Source: a virus
Lineage: Duplodnaviria; Caudoviricetes
DNA length: 64,000 nucleotides
Reading direction: 5' to 3' (one strand)
IMG/VR virus record: IMGVR_UViG_3300035422_000089
Coordinates: 1-64,000 of that record
Shown: positions 38,114 through 47,930 of the stretch, one piece after another
Position numbering within the stretch: position 1 is the first letter of the stretch
Layout: each line of letters begins with the position of its first letter
Program-made: the position numbers and the translations under genes
The notes under the pieces: generated by a model
Databases searched by the model: none
What the model was told of the DNA's origin: nothing
The model's input: only the letters and a program-made list of their open reading frames with translations

Positions 38114-38293
38114 TTGAAAGTAAGATTTATAGATAATGTAGACATCAGTGGCAAGATCAATATTAATAAAGGTGAAACATTTGAAGCAAGAGAAGATGGT
38201 GATTTTATCATGATTCGTATGAAAGATGATAGCACCGTTAAAGCACCAAAATCTGAAATTGAAGGAATTTTGGAAAGTGTGGAAGGAGAATAA
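38114..38293 (+). CDS. 59-aa protein, paralog 1 (not in track)
   Basis: MKVRFIDNVDISGKININKGETFEAREDGDFIMIRMKDDSTVKAPKSEIEGILESVEGE. Confidence 0.7.
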   Translation: MKVRFIDNVDISGKININKGETFEAREDGDFIMIRMKDDSTVKAPKSEIEGILESVEGE

Positions 38294-38297
38294 ATAA

Positions 38298-38516
38298 TTG
38301 GAGTGGATCAAATGTATTTCTGGTCAAATGCCAGAAGATGATGAAAGATATAAAGGTAAAAAAGTTATTAATGTTATTGCCACCACTAATAAAGGGGTTG
38401 TTACGAAGGTACAAAGGATTTTTAATGATTATGCTAACACTTGGTATTGGGGAAGGATATGTGGAGGTATGAGGGCATGGATGCCGTTGCCTGAGCCATA
38501 CAAAGAGAAGCATTAA
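38298..38516 (+). CDS. DUF551-like protein
   Basis: MEWIKC...MPE...AWMPLPEPY. Confidence 0.65.
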   Translation: MEWIKCISGQMPEDDERYKGKKVINVIATTNKGVVTKVQRIFNDYANTWYWGRICGGMRAWMPLPEPYKEKH

Positions 38517-38553
38517 AAGCACGATTTCCTTGGGTGATGGAGGTGATTTTTGA

Positions 38554-39033
38554 TTGTTAATACCTGCAATTTTAAAGAAGAATGAAATACAAGAAGCATT
38601 TAAGAGATATTACTATTCAGATGATATGATGTACGAAACTGGTGGTTTAAATAATTGGTTGCCAAATATCCAAGAAGAGACTGAAACAGGAAGATTTCAA
38701 TTTGCTATTGTAAATTCAGAAGAAAAATTAGTTGGATATCTTGATTATCATATTGATTGGTATAATTCTTGTGCTTCCAGATTTGGATTGATTTCTTTTG
38801 ATAGAGGCAACCCAATTGTAGGGATGGATTTATATAGTGAATTGAAGAAACTTATTTATGAGTACAAGCTACATAGAATCGAATGGAGAATGATAGGTGG
38901 TAATCCAATAGAGAAACACTATGATAAGTTTTGTGATAAATTTGGTGGTACCAAGCACGTTTTGAGAGATGCTGTTAAAGATAAATATGGCAAATATCAT
39001 AATGATATTATTTATGAGATTATCAATAATTAG
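38554..39033 (+). CDS. Hypothetical protein, possible GNAT fold
   Basis: GGAGGTGA SD; FAIVN...LVGY and N-P-x-x-x-x-Y pattern judged by eye. Confidence 0.55.
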   Translation: MLIPAILKKNEIQEAFKRYYYSDDMMYETGGLNNWLPNIQEETETGRFQFAIVNSEEKLVGYLDYHIDWYNSCASRFGLISFDRGNPIVGMDLYSELKKLIYEYKLHRIEWRMIGGNPIEKHYDKFCDKFGGTKHVLRDAVKDKYGKYHNDIIYEIINN

Positions 39034-39044
39034 AAGGGAGAAAT

Positions 39045-39362
39045 ATGATGTATATACCCCAAATAGGTGATGTAGTAAAGGATAATGGTTATCCTGTTGT
39101 AGTAGTAGATTTGAAGAATTATGAAAATAGTGGCGATTGTGCATATGACAGAAAATATTTACTTTGTGATTTAAAATATCTTCAAAATAATCAAGGCATC
39201 GTAACAATGTCAGATTTAGAACAGCATGGAAGATGGGTTACTATTCATGGAACTAAATTTCCTGTTATTGAAAAAGTTGATATTGCACCATTTTATATTG
39301 AAACTGTTGAATGCCGTATGATACGACAGAAAGTAGCAAAAACAGTCACAGTATATGAATAA
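39045..39362 (+). CDS. Hypothetical protein
   Basis: GGGAG SD. Confidence 0.6.
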   Translation: MMYIPQIGDVVKDNGYPVVVVDLKNYENSGDCAYDRKYLLCDLKYLQNNQGIVTMSDLEQHGRWVTIHGTKFPVIEKVDIAPFYIETVECRMIRQKVAKTVTVYE

Positions 39363-39649
39363 CCGATGAATCCGAAATTTTATTGATTGAAGGAGATGAC
39401 TATATGAAACCAACAAAAAGTTGTAATTGTATTCGGTGTACAGATTGTCCTAATTATACGGAATGTGTTGAATATAAAATAGAAACTGAGGTTAAGAAAG
39501 GAAAGTTATCTTATGGAGAAATTTTTAAAAAGACTATTTTGCAAGCATGATTATACATACACTTATCTTCACATGATTAACGGAGGAATGGCTAAGTTAT
39601 ATCATTGTGAATGTAAAAAGTGTGGAAAGGTAAGGTATAAAATTAACTA

Positions 39650-40231
39650 ATGAAAATATTTTTTGATACAGAATTTACAGGATTACATAAAGATACAACA
39701 TTAATCAGCATCGGATTAATTGCAGAAGATAGAAGATGTTTTTACGCAGAGTTGACAGATTATAAAAGAACACTGCCAGATGCAGATAATTGGAATTGGA
39801 TAGAAGAAAATGTAATTGCAAATCTTTATAAATCCAAAAGTGAAAATGACAGAAAATATATTCCTAACTATCATATTGGAACTAAGGATGATATTGCATT
39901 GGCTCTTGGTAACTGGTTTAAACAATTCGATCAAGTAGAGCTGGTGTCTGATGTATGTCATTATGATATGGTTTTACTTATTGATTTATTTGGAACTGCA
40001 TTCGACTTACCAGATAATGTGAGTGCAAGCTGCTACGATATAAATCAGGATATTGCAAGATATTATAAAATTAGTCAGTCAGAAGCATTTGATAAATCAA
40101 GAGAAGAAATATTATGGGATAGATGGAAAGATGGTTCAGTTAGTGGTGACAAGCACAATTCTTTGTATGATGCAAAAGTAATCAGAGAATTATATCAAAT
40201 TTTGAATAATGTAGATTTTGATGAGCATTGA
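39650..40231 (+). CDS. DEDD-family 3'-5' exonuclease (Rv2179c/DUF5051-like)
   Basis: IFFDTEFTG, YDMVLL and KHNSLYDAK. Confidence 0.8.
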   Translation: MKIFFDTEFTGLHKDTTLISIGLIAEDRRCFYAELTDYKRTLPDADNWNWIEENVIANLYKSKSENDRKYIPNYHIGTKDDIALALGNWFKQFDQVELVSDVCHYDMVLLIDLFGTAFDLPDNVSASCYDINQDIARYYKISQSEAFDKSREEILWDRWKDGSVSGDKHNSLYDAKVIRELYQILNNVDFDEH

Positions 40232-40266
40232 AAGCGTTCTTTTATTGGAATAAGTAAAGGTGTGTT

Positions 40267-40533
40267 ATGAAAGCAGAAGAATTTATAAAAATTGTAGAAG
40301 ATATGGATGAGAGGGGTTCTGAATATTATGGTATATTTCCTCCACCAACAAATGCACAATTTGGTCTTAATGTTTTGATTAAACATTTTCTTGGTGGCGA
40401 TTGGTATTCTATTAGTACAAGTGTTACACAAGGAAACACAGAGGCAATATATGATATTTTGAAAAAATATCCAAAAAGAAAGAATATTATAGAAATATTT
40501 AAAAATTTATTAGCGGAAAGGATTAGAACATGA
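40267..40533 (+). CDS. Hypothetical protein
   Basis: AAAGGTG SD. Confidence 0.6.
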   Translation: MKAEEFIKIVEDMDERGSEYYGIFPPPTNAQFGLNVLIKHFLGGDWYSISTSVTQGNTEAIYDILKKYPKRKNIIEIFKNLLAERIRT

Positions 40534-40709
40534 AAGTAAAGTTTTTGGAGAATGTAAATATTAGTGACAAAGTAACAATTTTCAAAGGCGAAACTTTTGA
40601 AGCAAGAGAAGATGGCGATTTTATTATGATTCGGATGGAGGACGATAGTACAGTAAAGGCACCTAAATCTGAAATTAAAGGAATCTTAGAAGTTATAGAA
40701 GGAGAATAA
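40530..40709 (+). CDS. 59-aa protein, paralog 2 (not in track)
   Basis: MKVKFLENVNISDKVTIFKGETFEAREDGDFIMIRMEDDSTVKAPKSEIKGILEVIEGE. Confidence 0.7.
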   Translation: MKVKFLENVNISDKVTIFKGETFEAREDGDFIMIRMEDDSTVKAPKSEIKGILEVIEGE

Positions 40710-40713
40710 GTAT

Positions 40714-40950
40714 ATGGGGTGTGTAAGTACAATTACCTATGATAAATTTCCGAAGCAGAAAGATGAGAACTATAAATTTCCTGAATTAGCTGTAGGAAGT
40801 AGGGTTGCAGTTTGTTATCACTATGATACCAGTAAGAAACATTTAGGAACAGTTGTCAGGGATGATTTAGAAGAACCTTACGAAACTATCCTTAAACTGG
40901 ACAACGGCAGGTATTTACGAGGAACTGAATGTCAGTTTTCTTATATCTAA
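40714..40950 (+). CDS. Hypothetical protein
   Basis: AAGGAG SD. Confidence 0.6.
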   Translation: MGCVSTITYDKFPKQKDENYKFPELAVGSRVAVCYHYDTSKKHLGTVVRDDLEEPYETILKLDNGRYLRGTECQFSYI

Positions 40951-40960
40951 GATACATATA

Positions 40961-41002
40961 CAATATATAGATGTTTAAATGAATGGCAACCACTATATAT
41001 TG
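40961..41002. repeat. 42-bp inverted repeat, copy 2
   Basis: CAATATATAG-ATGTTT-N10-CAACCA-CTATATATTG. Confidence 0.75.
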
Positions 41003-41032
41003 ACATAAAAATCGGTTAAAATTCTTATTTTA

Positions 41033-41509
41033 TTGGGTGGGTTTGAGGAGGTGGACAATATACAAGTAAATTATGATGGAACTGTTTTTCATGCAAAAAT
41101 AGAATTTCCAGAAACAGAGTTCCATATGCAAACAGATAACATTAATGATTTTAAGAAAGAATTTCTTTCTGAAATGTCAAAAACATTTGATGATGCAGTA
41201 CATGAGCCAGAGCCAAGTAGATATTCGACACACAAAAATTTGGAAGAAGGCAATAAAAAGACATATGAAATAGACAGTATAAAACATAAATATTATGATT
41301 TAGAAACTGTTACTGTGAATGAAAATCTAAAATATATATCATATAACAAAAATAGTATGGAACGTACAAGATATAAAAAATATCATCATGTAGAATTAGT
41401 GAATGTAAATGGTGTTGGGAATGGTCAAATACATTTCATTACAAATAATGGGTCATATTTAATGTTACCTTGGTGCTATATTATTTCAATGGTTCCATGC
41501 GAGGAGTGA
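41033..41509 (+). CDS. Hypothetical protein
   Basis: ORF; start uncertain. Confidence 0.55.
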   Translation: MGGFEEVDNIQVNYDGTVFHAKIEFPETEFHMQTDNINDFKKEFLSEMSKTFDDAVHEPEPSRYSTHKNLEEGNKKTYEIDSIKHKYYDLETVTVNENLKYISYNKNSMERTRYKKYHHVELVNVNGVGNGQIHFITNNGSYLMLPWCYIISMVPCEE

Positions 41510-41722
41510 GGTGATAGCGTATAGAATTTGAAACAAGCAAAAGAATAGATAAATGGGTAGAGAAGCATAGAAAGCAAGGTTGTGTATCTCATGCAACAGC
41601 AGGTGAACAGTTTGTATATGAATTTTTACCAAGTGGCATTGTAGAGTGTCAAACAGTCAAATGTATGTGTTGCAATGAAGAATTTACTGATTATGTAGAT
41701 TGATGAAAAGGAGAATGATTAA

Positions 41723-42058
41723 ATGAACGAAAAGAATGGAATTTCAGAAGGAGTAAAAGAAATAAATCCAATTGATGAATATTTGGAGAGATATAAGGAA
41801 CAAAGACTTGCAGAATTTTGTGTCCAAAAAGATAAAGAAATTCAGGAATATAAGGAAGAAAGACTGAAACTTATTGAACAGATTGCAGTTATGAGGCATA
41901 AGGTTGAAGAATATGATGATACTTGGAATAATGTAAAGAAACTATATGAACATATCAAAAGTCTTTCTGTAGATGATTATTTAAAAATATATCATATGAT
42001 TTCAAAAGATGTATCTGGGAATCATAATTATGTATCAACAATTACACTTAATAGATAG
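41723..42058 (+). CDS. Hypothetical coiled-coil protein
   Basis: AAGGAG SD. Confidence 0.65.
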   Translation: MNEKNGISEGVKEINPIDEYLERYKEQRLAEFCVQKDKEIQEYKEERLKLIEQIAVMRHKVEEYDDTWNNVKKLYEHIKSLSVDDYLKIYHMISKDVSGNHNYVSTITLNR

Positions 42059-42394
42059 GAGAAAATATACATATGGGACTTACATGTAAACCATTAGGCA
42101 AAATGAGAAGTGTCACAAGAAAGTTAGAGAATCATTTAGCTGAAGAAGCGAAGTTACAGAAAGAGAAAAAGGAAAGTAAGAAAGATAAGACAAGCAGATA
42201 GATTAGATACATTTTATGATGAATTAAAGAGAATACACAAACAATATTTTTGTGATTGGCGTTTTGGTCAGCTGTGTAGCAATTTCTTCGGCTGGCTCAT
42301 GTCAGAGAAGAAAGTAGATTTATTCTTTCCAGAAGAAGATAAGATGATAGAGTATATCCGAGAATATGCCGAGAGTTCTGGCAGTAACAAGTAA

Positions 42395-42600
42395 ACAATT
42401 CGCACGGTTATCCGTAGAAAATTCCAATATTAACAACTGAACAGTTATATCCATTTTGGGTGGGAAAAGCATACCCTTGGCTTAAATTACGCAAAAATAA
42501 GCCATAAATCACTGATGACATAGATTTTATATAGATTTAATCTCTATGTTCCAGTCTGAGAAGGCTGTTGATGTTATATATGATGTGAAAATATTTTAAT
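42395..42600 (+). ncRNA. Hairpin-rich non-coding leader of the replication operon
   Basis: Stems ACGG/CCGT, TGGCTTA/TAAGCCA, CATAGA/TCTATG and CAGTCT/AGGCTG; no ORF. Confidence 0.3.
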
Positions 42601-42627
42601 AATTTTATTTTACAGGAGGACATTTAT

Positions 42628-43587
42628 TTGAAAGAACTAACAAACAGAGTAACGGTAACAGGCAAACTAGTCAAGAATGCAATTGAGGAATTTCAGACCA
42701 AAAAAGGCGAAGATGCCATTGGTGGAAGTCTTGTGTTGCGAACTGCTGATAATAGTGAGCATGAAATCAGATTTTTTGCTTACAAGTTTAAAAAGGATGA
42801 AAACAAGAATTTCACAACAGAAGAGAGTTATTTCTATCAGAAGTATATGGACGCAAAAGATAATCTGAAGGATATTGAACATTGCTCTGAAGGTGAAAAT
42901 CCAGATATTATCTCTATTACAGATGGTATGTTTACAGATAATGATTTTAAGGGAAATGATGGTAGCGTAGTTTCTACGAATACTATTTCTGCAAGATTCA
43001 TTAATAAGGTAGAACCAAAAGATTATGATTCCACTGTATTAGAGGCAAAGTTTGAAGTAGAAGGAATTATTGAAAAAATTGAAGATGAAGTCGTTAAAAA
43101 TGTTCCTAGTGGAAATCTTGTAGTAGTTATGGATGCTATTGGACAGACCGCTGATGGATTTGGTAAAGACGCAGTTTATACGGCAGATAAGTTTATTCCT
43201 GTAAAGATGGTAGTTGATAAGTCTATGGCTACTGCATTTAGACAGGCTGGATATTATGAAGGTGCTTTTACAAAGTTGGTTGGTACTGTGATCAATTCTG
43301 TTGAAATTACTAAGCAGGTAGAAAAAGCCGCATTCGGTACAGATATTGAAAAAGAAGTTAGAAGTTACATTCGTAAGAATGAAATTAAGTCTGGAACAGC
43401 AGTCAGTACAATTTTTGAACATGAACTTACTCAGGAAATTGTAGATGCGCTGAAGGCAAAGAGGAAAGCGAAGTTGGCAGAAATTAAGAGTGGAAGTACA
43501 AATGGAACTGAAACAGCGGCAGGATTTGAAAAGAATACGAGTACACCAGCTCCACAGACTACATACAATCCATTTGCACAGAACTAA
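42628..43587 (+). CDS. Phage single-stranded DNA-binding protein (tandem OB-fold-like)
   Basis: NRVTVTGKLV N-terminus, low-complexity tail ending in NPF, and first position of the replication block. Confidence 0.65.
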   Translation: MKELTNRVTVTGKLVKNAIEEFQTKKGEDAIGGSLVLRTADNSEHEIRFFAYKFKKDENKNFTTEESYFYQKYMDAKDNLKDIEHCSEGENPDIISITDGMFTDNDFKGNDGSVVSTNTISARFINKVEPKDYDSTVLEAKFEVEGIIEKIEDEVVKNVPSGNLVVVMDAIGQTADGFGKDAVYTADKFIPVKMVVDKSMATAFRQAGYYEGAFTKLVGTVINSVEITKQVEKAAFGTDIEKEVRSYIRKNEIKSGTAVSTIFEHELTQEIVDALKAKRKAKLAEIKSGSTNGTETAAGFEKNTSTPAPQTTYNPFAQN

Positions 43588-43606
43588 TAACAAATAATAA
43601 ATAAAG

Positions 43607-43630
43607 CCTATCTGAGATTTCTCAGATAGG
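43607..43630. terminator. Perfect hairpin after the SSB gene (terminator or mRNA stabiliser)
   Basis: CCTATCTGAGA/TCTCAGATAGG; no clear U-tract. Confidence 0.4.
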
Positions 43631-43671
43631 TAAATCACCAAATTAATTATAAAGGAGATAATACATAATTT

Positions 43672-44661
43672 ATGATTGGAAATTTATTAGATTTAGCACC
43701 TAACAAGGTATCTGTAGATTTAACCCAGTATTCAACTGTTTTGATGGGAGATACAGGTGTCGGTAAAACAACCACGCTTATGAAATTTTTGAAAGAATTA
43801 GTTCCTAACAAAGAACCTTTTTTCTTGGAGTTCGAAGATAGATTTCAGAACATCCCCGGTATTATGGCGGTTAAGATTGATACAATGTCAGATTTTAAGT
43901 CAGTTATTGGACAGCTGAGAAATCCTGCATTGAAAGAAAAGTTTTCCTGTATTGTAATTGATACATTAGATAAGTATGAGGAATTTTGTGAGAGATATGT
44001 ATTGGAGAATAGGGATGCTGAAATTCTTAAAGATGTTGGTGGTTATGGCGAGGGTTCATTACGTTTTAAAAGTGCTTTAAGAAATATTGGTGTAATTCAA
44101 AGTCTTGGATATACAGTTCATTTTATTGCTCAATCGAGCCATTCTAAAGACTTTGACACAAAGAAAGAGAGCGATTCTTTGAAGTTAAATAAGAATACAT
44201 TTTCTTATTGTAGAGAAGCTGCGTTCTTGGTTGGTTATATGTATGCAGATGGAAAAGGCGAGAGATTTATTACATTCAAAAAATCTGATAAGTATCCTGA
44301 TCTAAAAGACACATTTGGTTTACCAGATAAAGTAAATGTAAAAGATTTGAAATCTGTATGGACAAAGGCTGTTGAAGATTTAGGAGGAGATTTTACAACA
44401 AAGGAAAAAACAATTGATAAAACTGCTCCAGTTGAAGATTTTGAAGCTATTAAATCAAAAGGTATTGAGTTGGGTGGTTTGCTGGCATCTAATGGACATT
44501 TAGCAGAGGCTACAGCAGTATTGCAGAAGAATCTTGGTCTTGATGAAAATGGAAATGTAAAGATGTTTGATACTTTGAGAGATACACAGCTTGACTTAAC
44601 CAAAGTAATTGTAATGGAACTTGAAGAACTCATCAATAAGTTCAATATTAAAACAAATTAA
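43672..44661 (+). CDS. AAA ATPase (Sak4/AAA_24-like recombination protein)
   Basis: GDTGVGKTT Walker A and IVIDTLD Walker B. Confidence 0.75.
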   Translation: MIGNLLDLAPNKVSVDLTQYSTVLMGDTGVGKTTTLMKFLKELVPNKEPFFLEFEDRFQNIPGIMAVKIDTMSDFKSVIGQLRNPALKEKFSCIVIDTLDKYEEFCERYVLENRDAEILKDVGGYGEGSLRFKSALRNIGVIQSLGYTVHFIAQSSHSKDFDTKKESDSLKLNKNTFSYCREAAFLVGYMYADGKGERFITFKKSDKYPDLKDTFGLPDKVNVKDLKSVWTKAVEDLGGDFTTKEKTIDKTAPVEDFEAIKSKGIELGGLLASNGHLAEATAVLQKNLGLDENGNVKMFDTLRDTQLDLTKVIVMELEELINKFNIKTN

Positions 44662-44667
44662 GGTTGT

Positions 44668-44688
44668 GGGGAGGTTCGTCCTCCCTTT
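44668..44688 (+). terminator. Weak intrinsic terminator or attenuator
   Basis: GGGAGG-TTCGT-CCTCCC followed by TTT. Confidence 0.4.
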
Positions 44689-44705
44689 ACGTGAAGTAGG
44701 TGCAT

Positions 44706-45203
44706 ATGGCAAGATTATCAACTTGTAAAAATTGTGGTAAAAAATTACAACCAGAAGAAAAATGTACTCATGCCTCTAAAACATATTGTGAAGAATGTTA
44801 TCAAAAGATTTTACGAGAAAGTGATGAGTACAAACAGTTAATAGAATTTATATGTGTAAATTATGAAATTGAAAGACCTACAGGATTTATGTTTAAACAG
44901 ATAAAAGATATGAAAACAGATTTTGGCTGGTCTTATGCTGCTATGACTTATACATTATGGTACTGTAAAGAAATATTAGGGAAACAGTTAAATGAAAAAT
45001 ATGGAGTTGCATTGGTAAAACATTTTTATGAAGAAGCAAGCGATTATTACATGCAACAGGAACAGATCAGAAATCAAATGGAGAAACTAAAAGATGTAGA
45101 AATAAAAACTAAGATTGTTAAGCAAAATAACAAAAGTCACATAAATCAGAGTTCATCACTTGTTAATTTAAAAAATCTATTGGAAGGTGGTGACGCACAT
45201 TAA
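44706..45203 (+). CDS. Zinc-finger protein, probable helicase loader or accessory factor
   Basis: CKNC and CEEC; lies directly before the helicase, as in SPbeta-like replication loci. Confidence 0.55.
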   Translation: MARLSTCKNCGKKLQPEEKCTHASKTYCEECYQKILRESDEYKQLIEFICVNYEIERPTGFMFKQIKDMKTDFGWSYAAMTYTLWYCKEILGKQLNEKYGVALVKHFYEEASDYYMQQEQIRNQMEKLKDVEIKTKIVKQNNKSHINQSSSLVNLKNLLEGGDAH

Positions 45204-46824
45204 TTTTAGTCAGCAGGTAGATAAAAAAGCAATATTCTTATTGTTTGGATGCTATTGCATTAATCCACGATTTATATTGGATGAAAAATATGTGACTAAT
45301 GCAAATGATTATCCAGAAAATTTTCATAAGATGATATGGGGTGCATTAGTAAACATTGCTAAAAAAGGAAATGTTGAAAAGGTTTCTTCCCTTGATATAG
45401 AAAATGAGATAGCACAAATAACAACAGCAACTTCTTTGTGGAAAAACAATAATGGCTGGGATTATATAGAGGAAGCAATCTCTATGGCTTCCGACAAACT
45501 GATGAATATTGGCAAATATCATGACGATGTACGAAAGTATTCTATTATAAGAAATGCATCTGAAGAGCTTAAAATGGATATTACATTTATTTATGATGAA
45601 TCAGATGAAAGTAAAATTGAAAAGTTTAACGAATTGACAAGTTCTGATGTATTAAATGCATTCACAAATAGATTTTTAGATTTTAAATCTATGTGGAAAA
45701 ATGTGTTTGGAGATAATTATGCATTTAAAGTCGGAGATGGGATAAAAGACAGATTAAAAGAGCATAAAGAACAAGAAAATACATATGGTTATCCTTTCCA
45801 ATCAGGATATCTTACCACTGTATATAGAGGAATGAGACGTAAAAAGTTTATTATAAGAAGTTCTATAAGCGGTGGGGGTAAATCAAGGAGTTCGCTTGCT
45901 GATGGATGTAATATGGTATCTGATAGAATCTATGATTGGAATAAGCATAAATGGATTTCTACTGGTGAGGCACAAAAAGTTTTGTTTATATCTACGGAAT
46001 TAGAGAAAGAAGAAATTCAGGATATTATTCTTGCTCATGTCAGTGGTATAGATCAGGAAAGAATTGAAACGTGGGATAACATAACCAAAGAAGAGGAACA
46101 CATTTTAGATGAATCGGCAGGATATATTGAAGGATATGAATATTACATTGAGTATATGCCAGATTTCACGATAGATTTAATAACGGAAACCATTGAAAGA
46201 TACATTATTAATTATGGTATTTGTGCTTGTTTCTTTGATTATATCAATGATTCTCCATCTTTGTATGAGTATTATTACAATAAAACACACACTAGGTTAG
46301 CAACCCATCAGATTCTCTTTTTGTTCAGTGCTTCATTAAAATCCATAGCAAACAAATTTAATATATATCTTGGTTCTGCAACGCAGCTTAATGATACCTA
46401 TAAAGATGAAAATAATAAGGACGCTGGAGCCTTAAAGGGATCAAAAGCAATTATAGAAAAAGCGGACGGAGGTATTCTTGCATTACCTGTCACACAAAAA
46501 GACCTTAAAAAGTTAAAGCCAATATTAGAATCAGAAGGAAAATTTGGAACTTTGATTCCCAATATGGCATATTACATCTTTAAAAATCGTGGTGGTAAAT
46601 GGAAGGTAATTGTAATATGGACAAAATTAAATCTTGGAACCATGAGAGAAAGTGATTGCTTTGTTACAGATTATAGTTATCAATTGATTCCAGATATTGA
46701 GAAGACAATTATTAATTTTTCTTTTGAAGATGTTGGTGAAGTACATATGATTGAAGGTGACGAAGAAATATCTGGATCTGAATTAGCAATGGAATTATCA
46801 AAATCATCAAAGACTACAGTATAG
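45190..46824 (+). CDS. DnaB-like replicative helicase
   Basis: SISGGGKSR P-loop, FISTEL, FFDYI, ATQLN, GSKAIIEKAD and KNRGG. Confidence 0.85.
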   Translation: MTHINFSQQVDKKAIFLLFGCYCINPRFILDEKYVTNANDYPENFHKMIWGALVNIAKKGNVEKVSSLDIENEIAQITTATSLWKNNNGWDYIEEAISMASDKLMNIGKYHDDVRKYSIIRNASEELKMDITFIYDESDESKIEKFNELTSSDVLNAFTNRFLDFKSMWKNVFGDNYAFKVGDGIKDRLKEHKEQENTYGYPFQSGYLTTVYRGMRRKKFIIRSSISGGGKSRSSLADGCNMVSDRIYDWNKHKWISTGEAQKVLFISTELEKEEIQDIILAHVSGIDQERIETWDNITKEEEHILDESAGYIEGYEYYIEYMPDFTIDLITETIERYIINYGICACFFDYINDSPSLYEYYYNKTHTRLATHQILFLFSASLKSIANKFNIYLGSATQLNDTYKDENNKDAGALKGSKAIIEKADGGILALPVTQKDLKKLKPILESEGKFGTLIPNMAYYIFKNRGGKWKVIVIWTKLNLGTMRESDCFVTDYSYQLIPDIEKTIINFSFEDVGEVHMIEGDEEISGSELAMELSKSSKTTV

Positions 46825-46836
46825 GGAGGTATCTAT

Positions 46837-47916
46837 ATGACCGCCCAGGAATTAAAGGAGAAGTTATCAGAAGATGATATTAGGAAGTTGCTTGCTGAAA
46901 TGGGAGCAACTTTCTATTACGAGGATGACGATATGTGGATTACAGATACCATATGTCATCATGGAACAAAACCTAAATTGTATTATTACAAAGACTCGGA
47001 GAGTTTTCATTGCTATACAGAATGTGGGCAGATGGATATTATCGGAGTTGTCATGGGATACAAAGGTTATGAACAAGAAGAATTTCAAAAAGCAATTAAC
47101 TGGATATGTATAAAGTTAAATATTGATAATTGTGAATATGGATTTGGAAAGCAGGAACAAATTTCAGATTGGGAATTTATTAGAAAATACAGACGCACAG
47201 CCAAAAAGGAAATAGAGACAAAACCCTTAATTCCATATGATAAAAGCATTTTACGAATATTTCAAAAACTGTACACTCAGGATTGGATTAAAGAGGGTAT
47301 CTCAATTGAAACCATGGAGAAGTACAATATCATGTATTCTACATGGCAGCAAAAAATCATAATTCCACATTTTGATATAAACAATCAATTAATAGGGGTA
47401 AGAGGACGTTCTTTAGTGGATGAAGATATAGATTTATTTGGGAAATATACCCCTTTTAAAGTTGGAAGAAGATTTTATAATCATTCTCTTGGTCAGAATT
47501 TATTTGGATTAAATCACAATATGAAAACTATTCAAACAAAAAGAAAAATTATGTTGGTAGAAGCTGAAAAATCAGTATTCCAAACTGACACAATGTTTGG
47601 AGAAGACAATTTTACGGTTGCTCTATGTGGAAGCAATCTTACTGATTATCAACGTGGATTGATTTTAATGCTTGGTGTGAGAGAAGTGATAATTGCATTA
47701 GATAAGCAATATCAAACATTAGATTCTGAGGAATGTAAAAAGTGGGCTAAACACATAAAAGATAAAATTATTGATAAATTATCTGCATATGTAGTTGTCA
47801 CAGTTTTATGGGATTCAAATGATTTGCTTGATTATAAAGATTCACCGACTGACAAAGGGAAAGAAACATTATTGAGATTGATGGATCAGAAAATATACGT
47901 TGGAACAAACAATTAG
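46837..47916 (+). CDS. DNA primase
   Basis: Zinc domain (TICHHG...FHCYTECG); TOPRIM (MLVEAEKS, IALDKQ). Confidence 0.85.
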   Translation: MTAQELKEKLSEDDIRKLLAEMGATFYYEDDDMWITDTICHHGTKPKLYYYKDSESFHCYTECGQMDIIGVVMGYKGYEQEEFQKAINWICIKLNIDNCEYGFGKQEQISDWEFIRKYRRTAKKEIETKPLIPYDKSILRIFQKLYTQDWIKEGISIETMEKYNIMYSTWQQKIIIPHFDINNQLIGVRGRSLVDEDIDLFGKYTPFKVGRRFYNHSLGQNLFGLNHNMKTIQTKRKIMLVEAEKSVFQTDTMFGEDNFTVALCGSNLTDYQRGLILMLGVREVIIALDKQYQTLDSEECKKWAKHIKDKIIDKLSAYVVVTVLWDSNDLLDYKDSPTDKGKETLLRLMDQKIYVGTNN

Positions 47917-47930
47917 GAAGGAGAGATTTA

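Noticed and set aside
42505-42560. Hammerhead ribozyme (CTGATGA followed by a stem)
   Set aside because: The required GAAA after stem II is absent (TTCC instead).
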